Shown here in pieces: positions 1 through 8,936 of a stretch of 22,961 nt of DNA (position 1 is its first letter; each line of letters starts with the position of its first letter). Source of the DNA: Acidobacteriota bacterium. GTDB lineage: Bacteria; Acidobacteriota; UBA6911; JACQSX01. Both the position numbers and the translations under genes were made by a program. The stretch is taken from assembly GCA_036507075.1 (NCBI GenBank), contig DASXQR010000121.1, positions 1 to 22,961 on the forward strand, read 5' to 3'. The notes beneath the pieces are model-generated. The model saw only the letters and a list, made by a program, of their open reading frames with translations. It made no database searches and was not told where the DNA came from.

Positions 1-66
1 TTTCCGCTGCGCAAATCTGAAACACTTATCGACTCCAACCCACGCAAAAATAACTTCGGGGGGATC

Positions 67-1716
67 ATGAAAGCACCCGCGGCTCGAGTCTTCCTGCGTA
101 AAGCAGCGCCGGCCGTTGTCTTACTTTCCATTCTGATTTTCGTCCAGCAGGCGCGAACCGCCGCACCTGATGTCTTTGCCATCCGCAACGCGCGGATATT
201 CCCGGTTTCCTCGCCGCCCATTCAGCGAGGAAACATTGTCATCCGCGATGGAATCATCGAAGCTGTCGGCGCGGACGTCAAGATACCTCTGGACGCCTGG
301 CTGATTGATGGAAGTAATCTTTTCGTTTATCCGGGATTGATCGACGGCTCTTCGGATACGGGAATCACGCCACAAACGTCTGCTCCCACCGGCACTGAAG
401 CGCGCACCGTTCCCGCATTGCCCCGGAGCGGACAGGAGATTGCGCGGCCTGCAGAAGTTTCCAACATGAATACATTCGTGCGGGCCGCCGATCTGTTGTC
501 GCCGGGCAGCAGGAAAGTGGAGGACGCGCGCGCGGCTGGAATCACAACCGTGCTCGCGGTCCCCGCACGCGGCATCTTTTCGGGCCAAAGCGCCCTGATC
601 AATCTCAACGGCGAAAAGGATTCCATGGTGGTGCGCTCACCGGTGGCCATGCACGTGCGCTTCCAATCTGAAGGCAGAGAGTATCCGCGCTCGCTGATGG
701 GCGTGATCGCCTACATCCGTCAGGCGGTGCTTGACGCGCGGCGCTACCAACAATCCTGGGATGTATACAACCACAACCTGCGCGCCTTCAAACGGCCCGA
801 AACCAACCGCGGCCTGGAGGGTCTGCTCCCGGTCGTGGAGAACAAAATACCGATCGTGCTGCCGGCCAATACTGATGTTGAAATCGTGCGCGCCCTGCAA
901 CTGGGAGATGAGATCGGAGCGCGTTACATCATCAGCGGCGCTGCCGAAGCCTGGAAGGTCGCGGATCGGCTGAAATCCAAGCGTGTGCCGCTCCTGGTTT
1001 CGTTGAAGTTCCCGGAGAAGGAGAAGGACGTGCATCCCGAATACGAGGAACCGCTGCTGGAGCTGCAGCGGCGCGCGGAGGCGCCCAAAAACGCAGCCAG
1101 ACTGCATCAGAGCGGGATCGGTTTTGCGTTTTCCGCTGAAGGTCTGACCAACCCCAGAGACTTTCTGAAGAATGCTTCACGTGCAATCAAAGGAGGCTTG
1201 CCGCCCGAGGCCGCTCTGCGCGCGCTGACATCTACGCCGGCCGAGATTTTCGGCGTGTCCGAACAACTGGGCAGTCTGGAAAAAGGAAAGATTGGTAATC
1301 TGGTCGTCACCGATGGAGATCTGTTCGCAGATCGAACCAAAATCCGCTACGTTTTTGTCGATGGCAAGAAATTCGAGCCTCCCGCGGAAGAAAGCAAGCC
1401 GACCGAACCGGCCGCCATCAATGTGGCCGGCAAGTGGCGTGTTTCGATGGAAGCTCCTCAGGGGACGACGGAAGCCACCTTCGATTTCACGCAGACAGAG
1501 AACGAACTGCAGGGATCGATCACTTCATCCATGGGAAGCACCGCGGTTTACGATGGCGTCGTTTCAGGAAAAGAATTCCGATTCAAAGCGCAGTGGCAGG
1601 CGGGCGAAAGGCAAATGGTTGTGTCCTACAGCGGGACGGTGGAAGGGAACACCATCAAAGGCAGGGCTTCGATGATGCGGGGTGAAGTGACATTCAACGG
1701 AACGCGGGTTCCGTGA
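67..1716 (+). CDS. Exported amidohydrolase-fold protein, probably non-catalytic, with a C-terminal beta-rich domain
   Basis: Signal peptide; AIRNARIF...GNIVIRDGIIEAVG, YPGLID, AGITTV and GSLEKGKIGNLVV motifs. The HxH metal motif is replaced by DGSSD. An extra ~100 aa beta-strand domain (VAGKWRVSM...FNGTR) follows. Confidence 0.85.
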   Translation: MKAPAARVFLRKAAPAVVLLSILIFVQQARTAAPDVFAIRNARIFPVSSPPIQRGNIVIRDGIIEAVGADVKIPLDAWLIDGSNLFVYPGLIDGSSDTGITPQTSAPTGTEARTVPALPRSGQEIARPAEVSNMNTFVRAADLLSPGSRKVEDARAAGITTVLAVPARGIFSGQSALINLNGEKDSMVVRSPVAMHVRFQSEGREYPRSLMGVIAYIRQAVLDARRYQQSWDVYNHNLRAFKRPETNRGLEGLLPVVENKIPIVLPANTDVEIVRALQLGDEIGARYIISGAAEAWKVADRLKSKRVPLLVSLKFPEKEKDVHPEYEEPLLELQRRAEAPKNAARLHQSGIGFAFSAEGLTNPRDFLKNASRAIKGGLPPEAALRALTSTPAEIFGVSEQLGSLEKGKIGNLVVTDGDLFADRTKIRYVFVDGKKFEPPAEESKPTEPAAINVAGKWRVSMEAPQGTTEATFDFTQTENELQGSITSSMGSTAVYDGVVSGKEFRFKAQWQAGERQMVVSYSGTVEGNTIKGRASMMRGEVTFNGTRVP

Positions 1717-1731
1717 GCCAAGGAGATCACG

Positions 1732-3189
1732 GTGAGCAACAGGAAAACGAACAGATTTGGGCAGCGGCGCGGCGCGGGCAAATTCCGGGGAGCAGGCACC
1801 AGCGGATCGCACATGAGCGTGGCGATGCTGCTGTTGTCCCTTTACGGGACAGGCTTGCTGATCGGCGCCGAAAAACCAAAGACGACATTGATCCGGAACG
1901 CGACCATTCTGACTGTGACAAACGGGACAATCCAAAACGGCTCGATACTGATCGATAACGGGAAAATCGCCGAGGTTGGAAAGACCGTCTCGGCGCCACC
2001 CGGAGCCGACATCATCGATGCCAGTGGTATGTTTGTGATGCCCGGGATCATCGACTGCCATTCTCATATCGCAGTCGATGGAAGCGTCAACGAGGGAACG
2101 CTTTCGGTGACTTCCATGGTCGGCATCCAGGACGCCCTGGATCCTCAGGATATCGAGATTTACCGCGACCTGGCCGGCGGGGTGACAACCGCCAATGTCC
2201 TGCATGGAAGCGCTAACGCCATCGGAGGCAAGAACGCGGTCATCAAGCTTCGCTGGGGCAGCGACGCTCAGGCACTCCTCTTTGAAGGGGCCATGCCCGG
2301 GATCAAATTCGCCCTGGGAGAAAATCCGAAGCGCTCCAATTCATCGGCACCTCCCGGATCGGATCGCCGCTATCCGGCCACGCGAATGGGTGTTGAAGAT
2401 GTGATTCGAGACGCCTTCACGCGGGCTCGCGATTACATTCGCACCTGGGACGATTACAACAAGAAGGTGAAGGACGGCGCTCCGGCAGCGCCCCCGCGAC
2501 GCGATCTCGAGCTGGAGGCGCTTGCCGAGGTGCTTCGAGGGGAGCGGCTCGTCCATTCACACTGCTATAGAGCCGACGAGATCCTGATGTTGATTCGCCT
2601 GGCGGACGAATTCGGGTTTAAGATCGCGACCTTCCAGCACGTGCTCGAGGGTTACAAGGTCGCCAGGGAAATCGCCGCCCATGGAGCGGGTGCTTCAACC
2701 TTTTCCGACTGGTGGGCTTACAAAGTTGAGGCGTACGATGCCATCCCTCACAACGCCGCCATCATGACGCGCAAAGGAGTGGTTGTTTCCATCAACTCGG
2801 ACAGCGCCGAGGAGGCGCGGCATCTGAATCAGGAAGCTGCCAAGTGCATTAAGTACGGCGGACTGAGCGAAACGGAAGCATTGAAACTGGTTACTTTGAA
2901 TCCCGCGCGCCAGTTGCGCATCGACAACCGTGTGGGCTCGATCGAAGCAGGCAAGGACGCCGATCTGGTCATCTACAATCACCATCCCTTCAGCACCAGC
3001 GCGCTTCCACAAAAGGTGCTGATCGACGGCGTTGTGTACTTCGACAGGCAGAAGGACCGCGATCACCAAAAGGAGATTACCGAAGCCAAGAAGAAATTAA
3101 GGGAGGAAGAAGAAAGGCTGTCACGGCCTCCCCGGAAAGAAGCGCCCCGCGAAGGCCTTCCTGAGAAACCGGCGGAGGTATGGCAATGA
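1732..3189 (+). CDS. Exported metal-dependent amidohydrolase (catalytic-type)
   Basis: GTG start 6 nt after AGGAG (1721-1725). Motifs PGIIDCHSH, IKFALGENPK, VHSHCY, TFQH, SINSD and GSIEAGKDADLV give a full set of candidate metal ligands. Confidence 0.9.
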   Translation: MSNRKTNRFGQRRGAGKFRGAGTSGSHMSVAMLLLSLYGTGLLIGAEKPKTTLIRNATILTVTNGTIQNGSILIDNGKIAEVGKTVSAPPGADIIDASGMFVMPGIIDCHSHIAVDGSVNEGTLSVTSMVGIQDALDPQDIEIYRDLAGGVTTANVLHGSANAIGGKNAVIKLRWGSDAQALLFEGAMPGIKFALGENPKRSNSSAPPGSDRRYPATRMGVEDVIRDAFTRARDYIRTWDDYNKKVKDGAPAAPPRRDLELEALAEVLRGERLVHSHCYRADEILMLIRLADEFGFKIATFQHVLEGYKVAREIAAHGAGASTFSDWWAYKVEAYDAIPHNAAIMTRKGVVVSINSDSAEEARHLNQEAAKCIKYGGLSETEALKLVTLNPARQLRIDNRVGSIEAGKDADLVIYNHHPFSTSALPQKVLIDGVVYFDRQKDRDHQKEITEAKKKLREEEERLSRPPRKEAPREGLPEKPAEVWQ

Positions 3190-4478
3190 AGCTGCGAATC
3201 GCGCTCCTGATGCTTCTTTTCATGATGGAGGTCTTGCGCGGGCAAGGCGACAATTACGTCATCCGCAACGCCCGCATCTTCACGGTGAGCGGTCCGGTCA
3301 TCGAAAACGGCACTGTGGTGATCGAGAACGGCAGGATAACTTCGGTAGGAGCGCGCGTTGTGGCGCCTTCGGGAGCGAAAATCATCGAGGGCCGCGGTCT
3401 GAATGTTTATCCGGGGATAATCGATGCCAATACCACGATGGGCCTGACCGAGATCAGCTCTGTTGCTGCCACTGTTGACACAACCGAACTGGGAGATTCC
3501 AACCAGGCTCTTCGCGCCTATGATGCGATCCACCCCGAAAGCGAACACATTCCCGTGACGCGAGCCAATGGCATAACCACCGTCCTTTCCCATCCAAGCG
3601 GCGGGATGTTGGCCGGGCAGGCCACTATCTTCAACCTGGACGGCTGGACGATGGAAGACATGGTGGTCAAAAAATCCGCGGGCCTGGCGCTCAATCTTCC
3701 AACTTCCGTGGGTGGCAGACAGTTTGACCGGACCACATTTTCCGTAACGCAGCGCAAATACTCGGATGCAAAAAAGGATCTTGAAGCCAAGATCCAGCAG
3801 TTGACCGACATTCTCAACCAGGGCCGGCGCTACATGCAGGCTAAGGAGGCCGCCCAGAGAGACCCCAGTCTTCCTGCCGCCAGGCCCGATCCTAAGATGG
3901 AAACCCTGATTCCATTGCTGAAAGGCGAGATGCCGCTGCTGTCGTTTGAAAACAACCGATTGGACATCAAGCAGGCAGTCGAATTCGCTGAAAAGCAGAA
4001 GTTGAAGATCATCATCATGGGCGGCTCCGAGGCGGGAAAGATTACAGACTATCTGAAACAAAAGAACGTGCCGGTCATTTATGGGCCCCTGCTGGCGCTT
4101 CCCGGCGAGCGGGACGACCCTTATGATCTGGCATATTCCACTCCGGCGATGCTGTCGAAGGCCGGTGTGAAGTTTGCCATTGCTTCGGCCGATACCTCCG
4201 ATTCCCGTAATCTGCCCTATGACGCCGGCAACGCGGTTGGCAGCGGGCTAAGCGAAGAAGAAGCGTTGAAAGCAATCACTCTCTATCCGGCGCAGATTCT
4301 TGGAATCGACGACCAGCTTGGAAGCATCGATAAAGGAAAGATTGCCAACCTGGTGGTCACATCCGGGAATCTTCTCGAGATTCCTACGGAAGTAAAATAC
4401 GTCTTCATCCAGGGACGGCCGGTGAATCTTGAGAATAGACAAACTCGTTTGTATCAAAAGTACCTTAACCGGCCGTAA
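3186..4478 (+). CDS. Exported amidohydrolase-fold protein, probably non-catalytic
   Basis: ATG at 3186 overlaps the upstream TGA (ATGA) and follows GGAGG at 3174-3178. Signal peptide; [10 protein letters not shown] (no HxH), NGITTV and [13 protein letters not shown]. Confidence 0.85.
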   Translation: MKLRIALLMLLFMMEVLRGQGDNYVIRNARIFTVSGPVIENGTVVIENGRITSVGARVVAPSGAKIIEGRGLNVYPGIIDANTTMGLTEISSVAATVDTTELGDSNQALRAYDAIHPESEHIPVTRANGITTVLSHPSGGMLAGQATIFNLDGWTMEDMVVKKSAGLALNLPTSVGGRQFDRTTFSVTQRKYSDAKKDLEAKIQQLTDILNQGRRYMQAKEAAQRDPSLPAARPDPKMETLIPLLKGEMPLLSFENNRLDIKQAVEFAEKQKLKIIIMGGSEAGKITDYLKQKNVPVIYGPLLALPGERDDPYDLAYSTPAMLSKAGVKFAIASADTSDSRNLPYDAGNAVGSGLSEEEALKAITLYPAQILGIDDQLGSIDKGKIANLVVTSGNLLEIPTEVKYVFIQGRPVNLENRQTRLYQKYLNRP

Positions 4479-4486
4479 TTTAAGTC

Positions 4487-4699
4487 GAAGGTCTGAAAGT
4501 CGAAGATCTCAACGCCGTCGGAACCGCGCCCGCAAGCCTGGATTATTCGAAAAAACTTAACCACCAAGACCGCCAAGAGCGCCCCGACCTTTGCGCGGTT
4601 CTTAGCGCTCTTGGCGGTCTTTGCGGTGAAATTGTTCGAATAGTCCAGGCTCACGGGCGCGGTCCCGATGGTATTGAGATCTTCAAACTTTCGACCTTC
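4487..4699. repeat. Long imperfect palindrome with a 9-mer-repeat core and 7-mer-like ends
   Basis: 4502-4551 pairs with 4635-4684 (43/50). Core is ACCACCAAGACCGCCAAGAGCGC / GCGCTCTTGGCGGTCTTTGCGGT. Confidence 0.9.
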
Positions 4700-5067
4700 T
4701 TTAGCCGCCGGATGATTTCACCGTTCGCTTCCGGAAATTCCTGGGGATTCATCTCAGAGGGCAGCAGCCATGCATGTTCCTGATCGGCAGCCAGCGCGCC
4801 TTCCGCATGGGCGGTATAAAAGAACCGAATCTCGACCGTTCGATCGGCGTATGGATACACCATTGTTCCTATCTCTTCCAGGTCTGCGGCTGCCAGGCCG
4901 GTCTCCTCGAGCAGCTCCCGGCGGGCGCATCGAGCCCAGGCTTCCTCCCGTCTTTTTTTGCCGCCTGGGAATTCCCACAAACCGGACAGGTGGCCGCCGG
5001 CCGGGCGTCTCAGCACCAGAAATTTTCCATTCCGTTCCAGCAGGACTACAGAGACTTGGATTCTCAC
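4651..5067 (-). CDS. NUDIX hydrolase, MutT/NudG-like (deoxy)nucleoside triphosphate pyrophosphohydrolase
   Basis: Nudix box WEFPGGKKRREEAWARCARRELLEETGL, plus YPYADRTVEIRFF and FPEAN. Start placed at GTG 5067 (138 aa, typical MutT size) because the longer ORF-track N-terminus runs through a repeat. Confidence 0.85.
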   Translation of the reverse strand: MRIQVSVVLLERNGKFLVLRRPAGGHLSGLWEFPGGKKRREEAWARCARRELLEETGLAAADLEEIGTMVYPYADRTVEIRFFYTAHAEGALAADQEHAWLLPSEMNPQEFPEANGEIIRRLKKVESLKISIPSGPRP

Positions 5068-5113
5068 TGCATCAATACCGTAGAGACGCGACATGCCGCG
5101 TTTGGCGCACGCG

Positions 5114-5273
5114 TGGCGCCCACGCCGGGCTTGTCCCGGCGTAGCGGAGGATTTTTCACTAGAACGAAACCCCACCGGCGCTTCAGCCGGTGTTGGGTGA
5201 AGGATTCTTGGGGACACGTCCTAGTGAAGAATCGTTCTCACCACCGGGGCAAGCCCGGTGGCGTGGGGCGCCA
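5114..5273. repeat. REPIN-like palindrome containing three GC-rich hairpins
   Basis: Inverted hairpins CCGGGCTTGTCCCGG and CCACCGGGGCAAGCCCGGTGG, inner stem GATTTTTCACTAGAACG / CGTCCTAGTGAAGAATC, and central hairpin CACCGGC-GCTTCA-GCCGGTG. Confidence 0.8.
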
Positions 5274-5372
5274 GCAATTCACATGTTACAGTCCGCCTAG
5301 CCGCAAAATTCAGAACATTTGATAAGCTATAGCAAAAGAATTCCACTTCCAAAAACTTATTGAGGGAGGAGT

Positions 5373-6134
5373 ATGGACACAGAATCAGCGACTGCTGCAT
5401 TACCTCACAGTCCGGCGCAGCCCATGGGACTGGGCGCGCGCCTGGTCAACATTTTCATCAACCCGGCCGCAGTATTCGAGTCGATCAGAATCAAACCTGC
5501 CTGGGCGAGTGTGGTGCTGATTCTCTCGTTGTTCAGTGCTGCCTCTACCTTCGTTGTGATGCAGCGCATCGGCCCGGAAAACGTCGCACTGCAGCAGATG
5601 AAAAACAGTCCGATGCTGGCCGAGCAATCAGATTCGGAGCTTCAGGAGAAGGCTTCACAGCAGGCTAAATTCACCCTATGGATAGTGCTTGTGTCTGCCC
5701 TGGTTGGATTGTGGATCATCATTCCGGCGATTGCAGGACTGCTTTACCTGCTTGCCGTGATGTTTGGTTCTGACGTCCCCTACAAGAGTTATCTCGCGCT
5801 TACCGCGCACACATTCTGGATGTATTCCCTCGCCACTTCGATTGTGACCTGGTGTGTGGTGTTTCTAACCAGCGACCCGTCCACGATCGACATCCAGAAT
5901 GCAGTACAGGCCAATCTGGGAGTTCTGGTAAGCAGGCAGGAACATCCCGCGCTTCATTCACTGGCCTCTTCCATGGATCTTTTTTCCTTCTGGCATCTGG
6001 CCATTATCGGCCTGGGAATACTGATTCTCACAAACAGACGGTGGGGATTCGCAAAGTCGGTGATGATTCCTGTGACACTGTGGTTAATTTACGTAGGAAT
6101 TAAGGTGGCGTTCGTGTTTGCGTTCTCTAAATAA
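5373..6134 (+). CDS. Yip1-family multi-pass membrane protein
   Basis: GGGAGGAG RBS. N-terminal RLVNIFINPAAVFESIRIKPAW, about five hydrophobic segments and SMDLFSFW near the C-terminus fit bacterial YIP1 proteins. Confidence 0.8.
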   Translation: MDTESATAALPHSPAQPMGLGARLVNIFINPAAVFESIRIKPAWASVVLILSLFSAASTFVVMQRIGPENVALQQMKNSPMLAEQSDSELQEKASQQAKFTLWIVLVSALVGLWIIIPAIAGLLYLLAVMFGSDVPYKSYLALTAHTFWMYSLATSIVTWCVVFLTSDPSTIDIQNAVQANLGVLVSRQEHPALHSLASSMDLFSFWHLAIIGLGILILTNRRWGFAKSVMIPVTLWLIYVGIKVAFVFAFSK

Positions 6135-6136
6135 AA

Positions 6137-6283
6137 AAGTCGAAAATCGAAAGTCAAAGGCTTCACCGCAGAGTCGCAAAGAACGCCAAGTCGCGCTGAG
6201 ATTGTGATGAACTCTGCGGAAACTCGGCGGTTCTCTGCGGCTCTGCGGTGAAGCCTTCGAACTTCAGACCTTCGCTTTGACTT
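6137..6283. repeat. Nested palindrome: 7-mer-like outer arms (AAGTCGA type) around a 9-mer core
   Basis: AAGGCTTCACCGCAGAGTCGCAAAGAAC / GTTCTCTGCGGCTCTGCGGTGAAGCCTT, flanked by AAGTCGAAAATCGAAAGTC and CGAACTTCAGACCTTCGCTTTGACTT. Confidence 0.9.
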
Positions 6284-7376
6284 ACTGCGGCAGTATAACG
6301 ATCGGCAGGCTTGAGGTCTGGAACCCGCCCAGAGTCCGGACGCTGGTTGCGACCACCGGCACATCCGTTGACTGCACCTCAATAGAGCCGCTGAATCCGG
6401 CCGGGATAAACCCGACAAAAATTTCGCGAATGAACCGTGCCAGTTGAGTCCGCGGAGCCAGCGTGATGGACTGCGTCGTCAATGTTCCGCCAAGGGCATC
6501 ACGCAGCGTCATGCTCACTGTGGCGGTGGCTATCTCGCTGCAATTGGCAAAAGCGAGCGCCGTTTCAAAATTGTCCTTGAACTCGACCGGAACGAAGAAG
6601 TGGGTTGCAGGCGGAGCAGAACCTACGCCCGCTTCCGTGACAAAGGCCCCCGAAGAATTAAAGAACTGATACAGCGCCACACCGCCGATTCGGACCGCGG
6701 ATTTGACCCGCGCCCAGCCCGCCGCCAGTGTCGGCCGGGTGCCCGAAGTACTGATTGACAACTGAGAGTTTGGAGGAATGAAGAATTCGAAAGTAGCCGA
6801 AGGCCCGCCTCCCACAGTGGTTCCGATAGTTACCGGAAAAGGGTTCCCGTCAGTGGTGAAAAAGTCCACTGTCACCTGCGCCGCTGCGTTGTTCGGGTTC
6901 ACCAGAATAATGGTGGTTCGGAAAGACCCGCCGGGAATTTTACCCTCAGCAATCTGGGCAAAATAGAGATCGCCGGTAATAGTGAGTGTTGCCGTGTTTG
7001 TTGATACCCCTCCGCCAGGATTCAACAGGCTGATGGTTGCCGTGCCCACGTTTGCCACATCCGTCGCCAGAAGCTGGGCCCGCAGTTGGGTGCTGCTCAC
7101 GAACGTTGTCCCACGGTTCTGCCCATTGATTCTCACGACAGTGCCGTTGGCTCCCCCGGCGGGGGCTACAAAATTAGAGCCATTGACTACCAGTGTGAAA
7201 TTTGGGCCGCCTGCCGGCAAAGAGGTTGGATTAATGCTGGAAATGCTGGGAAGGGCTGTGGTCCCCTGCTGGAATTTAAAGAGGACTTCCGGTAGAGCGG
7301 ACGATGTTGCCGCCATTGCCACTCCGCTGAAAGCAAAGGCCTGACTCAGTAAACAAAATAATAGAATTTTTCTCAT
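6282..7376 (-). CDS. Secreted protein with an IPT/TIG domain and two tandem beta-sandwich domains
   Basis: Signal peptide MRKILLFCLLSQAFAFSGVAMA and GGAGAGG RBS. IPT-like PSISSINPTSLPAGGPNFTLVVNGSNF...TTFVSSTQLRA. Internal duplication LYFAQI...TTIILVNP / FFVPV...TALAFAN. Confidence 0.75.
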   Translation of the reverse strand: MRKILLFCLLSQAFAFSGVAMAATSSALPEVLFKFQQGTTALPSISSINPTSLPAGGPNFTLVVNGSNFVAPAGGANGTVVRINGQNRGTTFVSSTQLRAQLLATDVANVGTATISLLNPGGGVSTNTATLTITGDLYFAQIAEGKIPGGSFRTTIILVNPNNAAAQVTVDFFTTDGNPFPVTIGTTVGGGPSATFEFFIPPNSQLSISTSGTRPTLAAGWARVKSAVRIGGVALYQFFNSSGAFVTEAGVGSAPPATHFFVPVEFKDNFETALAFANCSEIATATVSMTLRDALGGTLTTQSITLAPRTQLARFIREIFVGFIPAGFSGSIEVQSTDVPVVATSVRTLGGFQTSSLPIVILPQ

Positions 7377-7464
7377 ACTGCCCTCTCCGATGAATTCCCC
7401 ATCCTCTGGTACGCCATGCCCGGCGCACCGAAGCTGATGTGTGTTGAATCAAGACACTAATTGA

Positions 7465-7492
7465 ATGATAGCGAGGAGGCGGCAAAAGGCAA
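7465..7492 (-). promoter_or_regulatory. Candidate sigma-70 promoter for the IPT-domain gene
   Basis: Minus strand TTGCCT-N16-TATCAT about 90 bp upstream of the start codon; motif match only. Confidence 0.35.
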
Positions 7493-7558
7493 ATCGGCGC
7501 GCACAAGTTGCGGGTTACGAATTATCAGCGGCAGGTTGCGCAGCAAGCTCGACCTCAA

Positions 7559-7723
7559 AATGCGGAATGCGGAATGCGGAATGCGGAATGCGGAATGCGG
7601 AATAAAAGCTGCCTGTCGTCCGTTGTCCGTTGTCCATTGTTCGCTAACTGATCACTTAGCGACGGACCACAGACGACGGGCCACGGACAATTATTCCGCA
7701 TTCCGCATTCCGAAATCCGCATT
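7559..7723. repeat. Nested palindrome of two different heptamer arrays
   Basis: (AATGCGG)x6 at 7559-7600 and about four ATTCCGC units at 7693-7720. Inside are TTGTCCG-type and CACGGAC-type arrays around TCGCTAA...TTAGCGA. Confidence 0.95.
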
Positions 7724-8800
7724 CTAGGAGCGGGTCGTTTGCGGCTCTGCAGCAGGCACGCTCTGCAGCGCCAGTTGGCCGCAGGCGGCGAAAATATCCA
7801 CGCCGCGCGGCTTGCGCACAAATGCCGAAACGCCTTTGGATTCCAAAGCTTTCTGGAATCGCTCCACATTTTGCCCGGCAGGGGTCTGATATCCGAGAGC
7901 GGGATTGTAGTTCCAGGCAATCAGGTTGACCTTGGCGCGCATGCCCGAAAGCAATTTTGCCAGGGCGCGCGCGTCCTCAAGTGAGTCATTGACCCCGGCC
8001 AGAAGCACATATTCAAATGTGATGCGGCGTCGGGAATCGAGTGGAAATTCACGGCAGGCTTGCAGCAAAGCCTCAATGTTCCACTTCCTGTTGATCGGCA
8101 TGATTTCGGACCGGACGCTGTCATTGGAGGCATTCAAGGAGATGGCAAGGTTGGGGATGATCGGCTGCCGGGCGAGTTTCCTGAGCCCGGAGACAACGCC
8201 GCTGGTCGAGACAGTGATTCGCCGCGGTGAGATCGCCATTCCTTCCGGATCGCACAGGATCTCGAGCGCGCGCATCACCTGCGTGAAGTTGTGGAGCGGC
8301 TCGCCCATACCCATCAACACGATGTTGAAAGACTGATCACGGATGACTCCGCTTGCCTGCGCATGCAGGGGTTGGCCGGCAATCTCGCCTGCAGTCATAT
8401 TGCGCCGCAGGCCCAAGGTCGCAGTGGCGCAGAAAGTGCACCCGACGGCGCACCCCACCTGGCTGGAAATGCAAAGGGTCTCGCGCCGTGTCTCCGGAAT
8501 AAAAACCGTCTCGATCCGCTCGCCGTCTTCCAGCTCGAGCAGCAGCTTGATTGTGCCATCCTTGGATTTCTGCTCGCAATGGAGCCTGGGAAGTTCGAGC
8601 CGGAAATTCTGCGCCAGCAGCACACGCAGCGGACGCGGGAAGTCGGTCATCTGCTCAAAATTGAGAATCTTTCGAGCATAGATCGAGTGATAAAGCTGCC
8701 GCCCGCGGTAGGCAGGTTCGCCGCGCCGCGAGAGAAGCTCAACCATTTCCGGGCGGGTCATCCCGATCAGGTTATTTTGTTCCGCTGCGTCGGGCGTCAT
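7724..8800 (-). CDS. rlmN: 23S rRNA m2A2503 / tRNA m2A37 methyltransferase RlmN (radical SAM)
   Basis: IETV, CISSQVGCAVGCTFCATA (CxxxCxxC), MGMGEP, TVSTSG, ISLNA, FEYVLL, GVND and AACGQL motifs. ATG at 8800 follows AGAAGGA. Confidence 0.95.
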   Translation of the reverse strand: MTPDAAEQNNLIGMTRPEMVELLSRRGEPAYRGRQLYHSIYARKILNFEQMTDFPRPLRVLLAQNFRLELPRLHCEQKSKDGTIKLLLELEDGERIETVFIPETRRETLCISSQVGCAVGCTFCATATLGLRRNMTAGEIAGQPLHAQASGVIRDQSFNIVLMGMGEPLHNFTQVMRALEILCDPEGMAISPRRITVSTSGVVSGLRKLARQPIIPNLAISLNASNDSVRSEIMPINRKWNIEALLQACREFPLDSRRRITFEYVLLAGVNDSLEDARALAKLLSGMRAKVNLIAWNYNPALGYQTPAGQNVERFQKALESKGVSAFVRKPRGVDIFAACGQLALQSVPAAEPQTTRS

Positions 8801-8857
8801 AGATCCTTCTATTCTACAGGCAATGAAGGGCGTCGTTGAATTTGAGAACAAATCGGA

Positions 8858-8936
8858 ACCGCGAAGGCGCCAAGGCGCGAAGAATCACCCTTCCCATTCT
8901 CCGATCTTAATGTTCGCGCTTTCGCGCCTTCGCGGT
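8858..8936. repeat. Palindrome with short tandem-repeat arms (ACCGCGAAG type)
   Basis: ACCGCGAAGGCGCCAAGGCGCGAA / TTCGCGCTTTCGCGCCTTCGCGGT. Confidence 0.9.

Noticed and set aside
5068..5217. N-terminal extension of the NUDIX ORF in the ORF track
   Set aside because: It runs through the REP-like palindrome. MutT-like sequence starts at GTG 5067.
7559..7723. Possible CRISPR array in the repeat regions
   Set aside because: Units are 7-9 bp, tandem and inverted, with no unique spacers and no cas genes.
7461..7920. ORFs with MRNAECG / FRIPHSA peptide repeats (also 17580-17832 on the minus strand)
   Set aside because: These are translations of heptamer arrays that lack stop codons. They have no RBS or domain, and some overlap real genes.
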